Source: Acidimicrobiales bacterium
Lineage (GTDB): Bacteria > Actinomycetota > Acidimicrobiia > Acidimicrobiales > JACDCH01
Reading direction: 5' to 3'
DNA length: 64,000 nt
Assembly (NCBI GenBank): GCA_051000215.1
Contig: JBPCON010000038.1
Location: 3,797-67,796 of the forward strand
Part shown: positions 55,131 to 63,113 of the stretch, piece by piece
Layout: each line of letters starts with the position of its first letter
Position numbering within the stretch: position 1 is the first letter of the stretch
Program-made: the position numbers and the translations under genes
The notes under the pieces: generated by a model
What the model was told of the DNA's origin: nothing
Database searches by the model: none
Seen by the model: only the letters and a program-made list of their open reading frames with translations

Positions 55131-55966
55131 GCACCGCCGACATGATGAGCGCGACCTCCGTGCAGGCCCGGCTCGACCAGCTCGGCTGGTACCACTCCAT
55201 CGACGTTGTCGAGGGCGCGGCCACGAAGGGTTGGTTCGACCTCCGACACGCTCTGCCTCTGCTCCCGTTCCCCGACTTGCGTGGCAAGCGCTGCCTTGAC
55301 ATCGGCACGTGGGATGGCTTCTACGCATACGAGATGGAGCGGCGTGGCGCGGCGGAGGTCATCGCTCTCGACGTGCCCGACCTCGCCGGGATCGACTACC
55401 CGCCCGAGGTGCTCGCTCAGGAGGGCATCGACCTGAGCCACCGCGCAACGCAACCGCGCTCGGCCGGCTTCGAGCTTCTCCACGAGCTGCTGGGCTCGTC
55501 GGTGCAATGGCGTGGTGGCAGCATCTACGACCTCGACCCGAACGAGATCGGCACCTTCGACTTCGTCGTGTGCGGGAGCCTCCTCGTGCACCTCCGCGAC
55601 CCGGTGCGCGCGCTCGACGCGGTCCGCCGGGTCACCTCGGGGTCGCTGCTCTCGATCGACCACCTCCACCCGCCGCTCCAGCTGCTGTCTCGTCGGCGAC
55701 CGCTCTTCCAGTTGCGGGGCATGGGCGTCGACTTCCAGTGGTGGTTGACGAACGACGTCGGCGCCAAGCACCTGCTCCACGTGGGCGGCTTCGCCGTCGA
55801 TCGCACCTCGGACTATTTCCTCCTGCGCCATGGTGCCGACAGTCCCCCGCAGCCTGGCCGCAGCGTCAGGCACCGCCTGACCGCCCTCGGGAACCGGGTT
55901 CTCGCGCACGACTCCTCGGCGAGCGGGCATCTGCATCGCGGGTATCTCGCCCACCCGCGGTTCTGA
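55127..55966 (+). CDS. SAM-dependent methyltransferase (CmoB/DUF1698-like)
   Basis: WYHSID, LRGKRCLDIGTWDGFYAYEMERRGA, FDFVVCGSLLVHLRDP. Confidence 0.82.
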   Translation: MSTADMMSATSVQARLDQLGWYHSIDVVEGAATKGWFDLRHALPLLPFPDLRGKRCLDIGTWDGFYAYEMERRGAAEVIALDVPDLAGIDYPPEVLAQEGIDLSHRATQPRSAGFELLHELLGSSVQWRGGSIYDLDPNEIGTFDFVVCGSLLVHLRDPVRALDAVRRVTSGSLLSIDHLHPPLQLLSRRRPLFQLRGMGVDFQWWLTNDVGAKHLLHVGGFAVDRTSDYFLLRHGADSPPQPGRSVRHRLTALGNRVLAHDSSASGHLHRGYLAHPRF

Positions 55967-56781
55967 TGGTCCAGCCCATGGGAACGGAGTCGCTCCGCGT
56001 CGAGGTCGAGAGCCTGCCGTGGTATCACACGATCGAACTGCCAGGGGGCATCGTCACGCCGGGCGAGTACGACCACCGCCCGATCGTGGCGAAGGTCCCC
56101 CTGCCCGAGCGTCTCGACGGCCTGCGTTGCATCGACATCGGGACCCACGATGGATTCTGGGCGTTCGAGATGGAGCGAAGAGGCGCTTCTGGTGTGCTCG
56201 CGATCGATGTGGAGAAGGCCGACGACATCGACTGGCCCGAGCCGCGGCCGCAGATCAACGACGAGCTTCGCGCGTTCCTCGTTCGGCGCAAGCACGCGTT
56301 CGAGGTCGCTCGCGACGCGCTCGGGTCCAGAGTCGAGCGCCGCTACATCTCGGTGTACGAGCTCGAGAAGGACAAGGTGGGCACGTTCGATGTCGCGTTC
56401 CTCGGGACGCTGCTGCACCACTTGCGCGACCCGATCGGCGCACTGCAAGGCGTGCGGAGAGTGGTCGAGGGCCGATTGGTGCTCGTCGGTGTCTTCTCGC
56501 CGCTCAAGACAGCCCTGCTGCCGTTCACGCCGGTGACGGAGCTGCTCGAGTACGGAGGCGACCCCTTCTATGAGATGCCGAACCTGGCGGGGCTACGCCG
56601 CCAGCTCGAGCTCGGTGGCTGGGAGATCGAGCGCTGGGGCGGCGTGCACCTCCAGGGCTACGGCACCGGCTGGCAGAACGCCCCGATTCAGTGGAGGGGT
56701 CGCAACGCACGGACCCTCCCGCGCCAACTCATGCTGCGGCGCGGCGCCCTGCACGTGAGCGTCGTCGCCCGTCCCCGCTGA
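55966..56781 (+). CDS. SAM-dependent methyltransferase (CmoB/DUF1698-like), tandem paralog
   Basis: WYHTIE, LDGLRCIDIGTHDGFWAFEMERRGA, FDVAFLGTLLHHLRDP. Confidence 0.82.
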   Translation: MVQPMGTESLRVEVESLPWYHTIELPGGIVTPGEYDHRPIVAKVPLPERLDGLRCIDIGTHDGFWAFEMERRGASGVLAIDVEKADDIDWPEPRPQINDELRAFLVRRKHAFEVARDALGSRVERRYISVYELEKDKVGTFDVAFLGTLLHHLRDPIGALQGVRRVVEGRLVLVGVFSPLKTALLPFTPVTELLEYGGDPFYEMPNLAGLRRQLELGGWEIERWGGVHLQGYGTGWQNAPIQWRGRNARTLPRQLMLRRGALHVSVVARPR

Positions 56782-57455
56782 TGCGGCCCGCCGTCGTCGA
56801 GTTCGCGCGCGATGTCGCAGCGTCGTTCCCGATCGACTCGCCGCTCATCGAGGTCGGCGCGCGCGCTGCGGAGGGCCAAGAAGGCATCGCCGACATGCGT
56901 GCCATCTTCGACGCTGCGATCCACGTCGGCTGCGACATCCAGGAGGGTCTTGGCGTCGACCGGGTCGAGGACGTGCACAACTTGAGCTTCGACGACAACA
57001 GCGTCGGCACGCTCATCTCGCTCGAGACCCTCGAGCACGTTGCCGATCCGTTGCGCGCTGTGCGCGAGATGCACAGGGTGCTCAAGCCCGGTGGTCTGCT
57101 GGCGATCAGCTCGTTGATGTTCTTCCCGATCCATGCCCACCCGTGGGACTACTGGCGCTTCACCCCTGAGGGCTTCGAGCTCCTGCTCGAGCCCTTCGAG
57201 TCGAAGCTCGTCGTCGCGCAGGGCTGGGAGTTCATGCCCGAAGGCGTCTTCGGCGTCGCGGTGAAGGGACCTGCCGAGCTCTCCCCTGGGCAGTTGCCGC
57301 GCACCATGAACATCGCTCGCCACTGGGACGGCGGCAAGCGCGTCGAGCTCGGGCCCCTGCGGCTCTCGTTGCGCGAGCTGTGGAAGCTGACGCTGAAGCA
57401 TTCCGTCGCTGCCCTCAGCGACCGGGCACGAGGCCTCGGCGCAACTCGCCGCTAG
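56781..57455 (+). CDS. SAM-dependent methyltransferase (type 11-like)
   Basis: IEVGAR, VGCD, ETLEHV, RVLKPGG, HAHPWDYWRFT. Confidence 0.8.
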   Translation: MRPAVVEFARDVAASFPIDSPLIEVGARAAEGQEGIADMRAIFDAAIHVGCDIQEGLGVDRVEDVHNLSFDDNSVGTLISLETLEHVADPLRAVREMHRVLKPGGLLAISSLMFFPIHAHPWDYWRFTPEGFELLLEPFESKLVVAQGWEFMPEGVFGVAVKGPAELSPGQLPRTMNIARHWDGGKRVELGPLRLSLRELWKLTLKHSVAALSDRARGLGATRR

Positions 57456-57474
57456 CGCGCGACGCTCGCGCTAG
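57452..57474. terminator. Hairpin between convergent genes, possible bidirectional terminator
   Basis: Perfect 8-bp stem CTAGCGCG/CGCGCTAG with a 7-nt loop, incorporating both stop codons; no U-tract. Confidence 0.4.
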
Positions 57475-58109
57475 ACCTTCAGCCACTCCTCGGCGCCCGG
57501 GTCCCACCGGCGAACCGGGCGCGCCGGGTTGCCGACCACGAGGGTGCGTTCCTCGACGTCGGAGGTGACGACCGCCCCGGCACCGATGTAGGCGTGCTCC
57601 CCGACCGTCACCCCCATGAGCACGGCCGAGCCGATGCCGAGGAATGATCCGCGCCCGATCACCACCTTCTCCGGTGGCGCCATGGGCTGGTCGATGATGG
57701 GCGTCAACGGGTCCTCGTAGCGGTGGTAGGTGTCGCCGATGAAGATGCGAGCGGCGGTGACGACATCGGCACCGATCTCGATCTCTCCGACGCACGCCAC
57801 GTGGCTCTGCGCGCCGATGCTGGTGCGGTCGCCGATGGTCAGTCTCGGCGTGATTCCCGCAATTGCGGCCACGACCGAGAGGAAGGAGCGCTCCAGGATC
57901 GTGACGTCGTCGCCGAGGAACACCGACGCCGGCGTGCTCACCCTGGCCGGCGGGACGATCCAGGTGTTGCGGCCGTACGCGCCGAACGCGCTCGGCGGCG
58001 GCGGGGTGAGCACGTGCGCGGTGTCCGCCGCCATGCGCCGCGCTCGACGCTCTTCGCCCACGCGTCTGCGGATCTCTTCGATGTTCGGAACGCGACGAGG
58101 GATCCTCAT
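57471..58109 (-). CDS. Hexapeptide-repeat (LbH) acyltransferase
   Basis: IGDRTSIG, IEIGADV, IGRGSFLGIGSAVLMGVTVGEHAYIGAGAVVT, VVGNPAR. Confidence 0.88.
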   Translation of the reverse strand: MRIPRRVPNIEEIRRRVGEERRARRMAADTAHVLTPPPPSAFGAYGRNTWIVPPARVSTPASVFLGDDVTILERSFLSVVAAIAGITPRLTIGDRTSIGAQSHVACVGEIEIGADVVTAARIFIGDTYHRYEDPLTPIIDQPMAPPEKVVIGRGSFLGIGSAVLMGVTVGEHAYIGAGAVVTSDVEERTLVVGNPARPVRRWDPGAEEWLKV

Positions 58110-58759
58110 GGGAACCGGGTCCCCTCCCACTGCATCGTGTTCGTGTCGAGCCGCCGCACGACCGTGGCGGGGTTGCCGTACACGACGGAATGAGCAGCGA
58201 CGTCGTCGAGCACGACTGCGCCCTCGCCAACGAAAGCGCCGGCCCCCACCCGCACGCCGGGACCAATCACGCACCCCCATCCGAGGTAGGCGCCGGCCTC
58301 GATCACGATCGCTCCGCCAGGAGGCGGCGGGGGTGTCGCGTCCCGTCCGAGCGGGCCCCACGTGTCGGTGATGGCCACGTAGTCCGAGCTCGACACGCCG
58401 GTCTCGATGGTGACGCCAGCGCTGCAAACGATCTCGGCGCCCGGCGCGAGGTGCACGTGATCACCGACGACGAGCCGCGCGCCGGACAGGGTGTCGACCG
58501 CCAGGCCGCTGTCTTCGAGGATGACCACTCCGTCACCGATCTCGATTGCCGCGGTCCCACTGATGCGCGTCGGGGCGACGAGGAACGAACACGTCCCCCA
58601 TCGGGCGAAGCTCGACGCGGGCGGCGTTCTGCGCTCCCGGGGCACGCGCATGGCTGTGCGGCTCGGAGCGCGGAGCTCGGCGGCGCGCGACCGAGCCCGC
58701 TGCGCCCAACCGCGGCCGCGCCGGGCCGCTGCTCGGAGCACCCTCGAGGCCGTTGGCAT
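58106..58759 (-). CDS. Hexapeptide-repeat (LbH) acyltransferase, tandem paralog
   Basis: IEIGDGV, VGDHVH, IEAGAYLG...IGPGVRVGAGAFVGEGAVV, VYGNPA. Confidence 0.85.
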   Translation of the reverse strand: MPTASRVLRAAARRGRGWAQRARSRAAELRAPSRTAMRVPRERRTPPASSFARWGTCSFLVAPTRISGTAAIEIGDGVVILEDSGLAVDTLSGARLVVGDHVHLAPGAEIVCSAGVTIETGVSSSDYVAITDTWGPLGRDATPPPPPGGAIVIEAGAYLGWGCVIGPGVRVGAGAFVGEGAVVLDDVAAHSVVYGNPATVVRRLDTNTMQWEGTRFP

Positions 58760-58778
58760 TCGTCGAGATGGCACTTTC

Positions 58779-59621
58779 TCAGCTGCTGCTCGACGCCAGC
58801 AGCGCCCCGAGTCGATAGACGTGAAGATCTTGTGCCCCGAGCCATGCGCGAGGCGCGTAGGCGAGCCGTCGCGCGTCTGTCGCGACGCTGCGCTTGATGA
58901 CGTCGTCCAGATATTCGGCCGTGTGGAGCGTGATGCCATATGCCGCGCGGCGATAGTGCGGATACGGGACGTGGGCGTGCCCCGAGCGGGTGAGCTCTGC
59001 GGCGACGCTGTCTATATGAGCGTGACCGTTCGGCAAGAAGTGGGGGAGCCAGTCGACGGAGCTCGGCCCAATGGTGGAGAACACCAACAGTGCTCCGGGA
59101 CGCACATTTCGGTGGATCAGGTTCCAGAGCTCGTGTTCGGACGTGTTGTCGAGATGCGTGAGGAGCGAACCCATCCAGACGATGTCGTAGGGCCCGGGCG
59201 TCAGTCGCACTCTGGCCGGTTGCCGTGACGCCAGAACGGTCTCGACGCCGAACTCGTTTCGACAAAACCGCAGCGCGCTCCGATCGATGTCCGCCCCGGT
59301 CCAACGGACCTCTGGGAACGCGGTGACGAGGTGGCGCAGCACCCGGCCGTGGCCGCACCCGAGATCCAAACCGGTGCCCCCGTCGTCGCGAACCGACTGC
59401 GCGAGGTGTTGGCCGATCAACGCAGCGATCTGCTCGCCGGCCGCGACGTAGTCGGCCACTTGCTCTGGGACTCGCTTCGGCATCATCAGATCGTTGGCGT
59501 GGATCCGCCCGGGTACGCCGGCGAGCTGCTTCGGCGGCATCAGCTCCCGCACTGCCGTACGCGCCGTGCGCGCGGCCCAGTACAGAGGGGGAAGCGACTT
59601 CAGCCGGTCCTTCATCAGCAT
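58779..59621 (-). CDS. Class I SAM-dependent methyltransferase directly downstream of wzt
   Basis: LDLGCGHGRVLR, TGADID, SLLTHL, LVFST; homologous to 19785..20672. Confidence 0.85.
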   Translation of the reverse strand: MLMKDRLKSLPPLYWAARTARTAVRELMPPKQLAGVPGRIHANDLMMPKRVPEQVADYVAAGEQIAALIGQHLAQSVRDDGGTGLDLGCGHGRVLRHLVTAFPEVRWTGADIDRSALRFCRNEFGVETVLASRQPARVRLTPGPYDIVWMGSLLTHLDNTSEHELWNLIHRNVRPGALLVFSTIGPSSVDWLPHFLPNGHAHIDSVAAELTRSGHAHVPYPHYRRAAYGITLHTAEYLDDVIKRSVATDARRLAYAPRAWLGAQDLHVYRLGALLASSSS

Positions 59622-59649
59622 CGGAGAACGCCCAGACCGACCGGCGTGT

Positions 59650-60867
59650 TCACAGCGCGACCCCGGGATAGTCGCTGAGGATCTCCTCGCCCAGGCGGAT
59701 GCTTGCTTGCAGGTCCGCGACTCCCGATGTGCCCAGCGGGGGCGTGACATAGACGAGCATGCCCATGGTGTCGCGGTGATGGACCGATCGTCCGTCGAGG
59801 GAGGTCACCGTGAGCAGGAAACGGAAGGACCCGCCGGCCAACTGCGGTGTGAAGTCGATCTCGACGTCGGCGTCGTCTCCCGCCTCGTAGCGTTGATGGC
59901 TTCGGTTGAGGACCGAACGCATCTCGTAGACGACGGTGCGGTCCTCAGCGAGCACAGTGAAATGGATCTGGGGGCTGTCGACTGTGATGTCGAAGTGCAG
60001 GCGTACACGCAGCTTGCTCGGCACGCCGCGAGGCAGGCGGCTCGTCGGCCCGTTGGGACCCAGCAGCTCGCGGAAGCTCACCTCGACGCCACCGATGACG
60101 CCTTCCTCCTGCTGGCTGTCGCCTCCGTCGCCCCCCTCGGAGAGCAGCTCGTGGTGACGGGCGATGACCTCCTCGACGTCGCCGTCGAGCTCGAGGCGCC
60201 CGCGCCGCAGCAGGATGGCGCGAGGGCACAGGAGGCGTATGGCATGCATCGAGTGGCTGACGATGACGATCGTCGCACCACCTTCTTTGAGCTGGCGCAT
60301 GAAGTCGAAGCACTTGAGCTGAAACGCGAGGTCGCCGACGGCGAGCACTTCGTCAACGAGAAGCACCTGCGGGTCGACGTGCACCGCCACCGAGAAGCCG
60401 AGGCGCATGAACATGCCCGATGAGTAGAACTTCACCGGCGTGTCGATGAACGCTTCGAGCTCTGCGAAGGCGACGATCGCGTCGAAGCGTTCGGCGACCT
60501 CGTTCTTGGTGAGGCCGAGGAGCATGCCGTTGACGAAGACGTTCTCGCGGCCGGACATCTCTTGATGGAAGCCGACGCCAAGGCTGATCAGTGGTGCGAC
60601 GCGCCCACGGATCGTGACCTGCCCCGTCGAGGGCTGCGACACGCCGGCAAGCAAGCGAAGCAATGTCGTCTTGCCGGCACCGTTGTGGCCGACGATGCCG
60701 ACGGTCTCGCCTCGCCCAACGCTCAGATTGATGTCGGTGAGCGCCCAGTGCTCGACGCGCTTCGGCCGCCAGAACGGGAGCAGCGATTTCAGGAGCATGG
60801 CCTGCTCCTGGAGCTGCCAGTAGCGCTTGCCGACCCCGTTGAGATCGATGGCCGTGCTCGTCGTCAC
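59650..60867 (-). CDS. wzt: Polysaccharide ABC transporter ATPase with a C-terminal Wzt_C domain
   Basis: GHNGAGKTT, GFHQEMSGREN, YSSGMFMRLGF, LVDEVLAVGD; about 150-aa C-terminal beta-rich extension. Confidence 0.92.
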   Translation of the reverse strand: MTTSTAIDLNGVGKRYWQLQEQAMLLKSLLPFWRPKRVEHWALTDINLSVGRGETVGIVGHNGAGKTTLLRLLAGVSQPSTGQVTIRGRVAPLISLGVGFHQEMSGRENVFVNGMLLGLTKNEVAERFDAIVAFAELEAFIDTPVKFYSSGMFMRLGFSVAVHVDPQVLLVDEVLAVGDLAFQLKCFDFMRQLKEGGATIVIVSHSMHAIRLLCPRAILLRRGRLELDGDVEEVIARHHELLSEGGDGGDSQQEEGVIGGVEVSFRELLGPNGPTSRLPRGVPSKLRVRLHFDITVDSPQIHFTVLAEDRTVVYEMRSVLNRSHQRYEAGDDADVEIDFTPQLAGGSFRFLLTVTSLDGRSVHHRDTMGMLVYVTPPLGTSGVADLQASIRLGEEILSDYPGVAL

Positions 60868-61706
60868 AGGAGATCGACGAAGAGCCGGTCGTGGCGCCGT
60901 TGCGCTTCGAACCCGATCAGGGTGAGCATCACTGTCATCGCCACGGAGATCGTCACGGGGCGCAGCAGGGCCTCGCTGCCCCCGACGGTCGCTCGATGGA
61001 TGAGGGCGACAATGCCGGTGAGAGGGTTCAGGTCGACCCAATCCGCGAAGCGTCCGAGCAGGTCGCGTGTGTAGAGGACAGGGGTGAGGTAGATCCAAAC
61101 GAGCATCGCAGCTTGCACGAGGAACCTCGTGTCGCGGTAGTAGACCTGGAGCGCCGAGACGACGAGCGTGAGCGCCATCGAGAACAAGACGAGCAGCACC
61201 ATCGCCGGACCGAGGAGCAGCAGCCTGGTGCTGAGGTCGACGCCGAGCACCGGAAGGACAAAGAGGAGGACGACCATCGAGACCCCGAGGCTCACGAGGT
61301 TGGCCACGGCCGGAACGAGAACGAGGAGCACCCGGGGGAACCAGACCTTGTCGGTGAGGCTCGACCCGTCGACGATGGCTGTCACGCCCGCCGTCAACGT
61401 CGTGCCGAAGTACGAGAACGCGAGCACGCCGCCGAAGACGTAGGCGCCGAAGTTGATGCCGGTGCTCGATCTCGGGATGATCTGGGAGAACACCGCAGCC
61501 ATGACGACACCCTGCAGGACGGGTACGGCGACTGCCCAGAGCACCCCGAACGCTGCACGCTTGTAGCGCGTCTGGAAGTCCTTGCGCGCGAGCATGAGGA
61601 ACACTGCGCGGTGCGCCCAGACGTCGGCCATCCACGCGCGCGGCGGCCCCGGTCTGGGCTCGAGCACGAGCACGCGGTCAAGCGGTGCAGCGGTGGGTTC
61701 AGGCAA
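60864..61706 (-). CDS. wzm: Polysaccharide ABC transporter permease
   Basis: KDFQTRYK...GVLWAVAVP, KVWFPR, YYRD, WIYLTPVLY, LNPLT. Confidence 0.92.
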   Translation of the reverse strand: MPEPTAAPLDRVLVLEPRPGPPRAWMADVWAHRAVFLMLARKDFQTRYKRAAFGVLWAVAVPVLQGVVMAAVFSQIIPRSSTGINFGAYVFGGVLAFSYFGTTLTAGVTAIVDGSSLTDKVWFPRVLLVLVPAVANLVSLGVSMVVLLFVLPVLGVDLSTRLLLLGPAMVLLVLFSMALTLVVSALQVYYRDTRFLVQAAMLVWIYLTPVLYTRDLLGRFADWVDLNPLTGIVALIHRATVGGSEALLRPVTISVAMTVMLTLIGFEAQRRHDRLFVDLL

Positions 61707-61711
61707 GGCGA

Positions 61712-62176
61712 TCAGCCATGGCGGAGCGCCCAATCGTAGGAGATCGTGTCGGTGAAGGGATCTATCCGCTCGATCTCGTCGGGGCGGTGGGCGACGCTGG
61801 AGCAGTTCGCCACCAGTGCAGGTGACACCCCTTCGCCCTTGAAGCCGTTCCAGACGCGCGGCGGGATGGTGACCAGCGCGTAGTTGAGCTCTCCTGTGTG
61901 GATCTCGACGAGGTTGCCTTGCGTCTTCGACCCGTCGCGGCCGTCGTAGCAAACGAGCTTGACCATGCCGATCGGCACCGCGTAGTTGAGGGTCATCTCC
62001 TTGTGGAGGTGCCAGGCCTTGATGGCACCCGGGTACACCATCGAGAAATAGATCTCGCCAAAGTGCTCGAAGCGCTCGCCGTCCTCGCGCAGCATGTGAA
62101 ACACAGCGCCTCGCTCGTCGGGTATTCGCCGTAGCGGGGTCACGTAGAGCCCGTCGATAGCGCTTGTCTCACTCAT
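61712..62176 (-). CDS. rfbC: NDP-4-keto-6-deoxyhexose 3,5-epimerase (RmlC/RfbC-like cupin)
   Basis: DERG, IKAWHLH, GMVKLVCYDGR, IPPRVWNGF. Confidence 0.78.
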   Translation of the reverse strand: MSETSAIDGLYVTPLRRIPDERGAVFHMLREDGERFEHFGEIYFSMVYPGAIKAWHLHKEMTLNYAVPIGMVKLVCYDGRDGSKTQGNLVEIHTGELNYALVTIPPRVWNGFKGEGVSPALVANCSSVAHRPDEIERIDPFTDTISYDWALRHG

Positions 62177-63113
62177 CCGCCAATGCTCCCTTGTTGTTCA
62201 AGCAGAAGGAGATGAGCTCGTCGACGGCGTCGATGAGCCCGACGCTGGCCTCCCAGCCGGCAGCCTCGAGTCGACCGACCGCCACGGTGTAGGGGCCGGG
62301 TGGGTCGGCCTGGGGCCGAGCACTCCGCAACCTTGGCCGAGTGCCTGTTCGCACAGCAAAGCCGTCAGCTATCAGCTCGGCGAGGGCTCGCACCGTCAGG
62401 GCCGACCCAGACGCGAGGTTGTAGGTGCCTGAGGCGATGGTTGTGCCGGTGCAGGCCCTGACCGCCGCACACACGTCACCGAGAGCGATGAAGTCGCGCC
62501 ACTGTTGACCGCTCGAGCGCAGGACCATGTCCCCCGTTCGCACTGCCTGCCTGGCGAGGTCGGAGGCAACGAGCGACCACCGGTCGACCTCGAGGGCCGC
62601 CGGCGCTCCGACGGCATTGGTGAGACGCAGGATCACGACCTCGAGGCCCGCCTCGGCGGCCTGGCCGACGAGATGCTCCGATGCGAGTCGGGCTATCGCG
62701 TACGTCGAGCGTGGCGCGGGAACAGTCGCTTCGTCGATGATGGCACCAGACACCAGCTTGGCGCCGTAGACGTGCACGCTCGAGACGTAGACCACGCGGC
62801 GCACCCCGGCCGAGGACGCCGCGCGTATGACGCGTTGGGTGGCGAGCGATGTCTCCGCGAGGGCGCGCTCAGGGTCGAGCGCCGCGAACGTCTCGTTCGG
62901 ACCCGCGAGGTGCACGACGGCGTCGACACCAGCAAGAGCGTCAGCGAGCCGAGCCTCCTCGGTGAGCAGGTCGAGCTCGACCTGCTCGAGCGCCGGTGGG
63001 AGAAATGGCGCGGCTTTGCGCACGAGCGCTCTGGTGGACTCGGGCGCGAGTGTGCTCACGAGACGGCTGCCCAAGTAGCCGCCGGCGCCCGTGACAGCAA
63101 CCACGCGTGTCAC
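62169..63113 (-). CDS. NAD-dependent epimerase/dehydratase (possible NDP-sugar 4-reductase)
   Basis: TGAGGYLG, VVHLAG, VSSVHVYG, YAIAR, RDFI. Confidence 0.8.
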   Translation of the reverse strand: MTRVVAVTGAGGYLGSRLVSTLAPESTRALVRKAAPFLPPALEQVELDLLTEEARLADALAGVDAVVHLAGPNETFAALDPERALAETSLATQRVIRAASSAGVRRVVYVSSVHVYGAKLVSGAIIDEATVPAPRSTYAIARLASEHLVGQAAEAGLEVVILRLTNAVGAPAALEVDRWSLVASDLARQAVRTGDMVLRSSGQQWRDFIALGDVCAAVRACTGTTIASGTYNLASGSALTVRALAELIADGFAVRTGTRPRLRSARPQADPPGPYTVAVGRLEAAGWEASVGLIDAVDELISFCLNNKGALADE

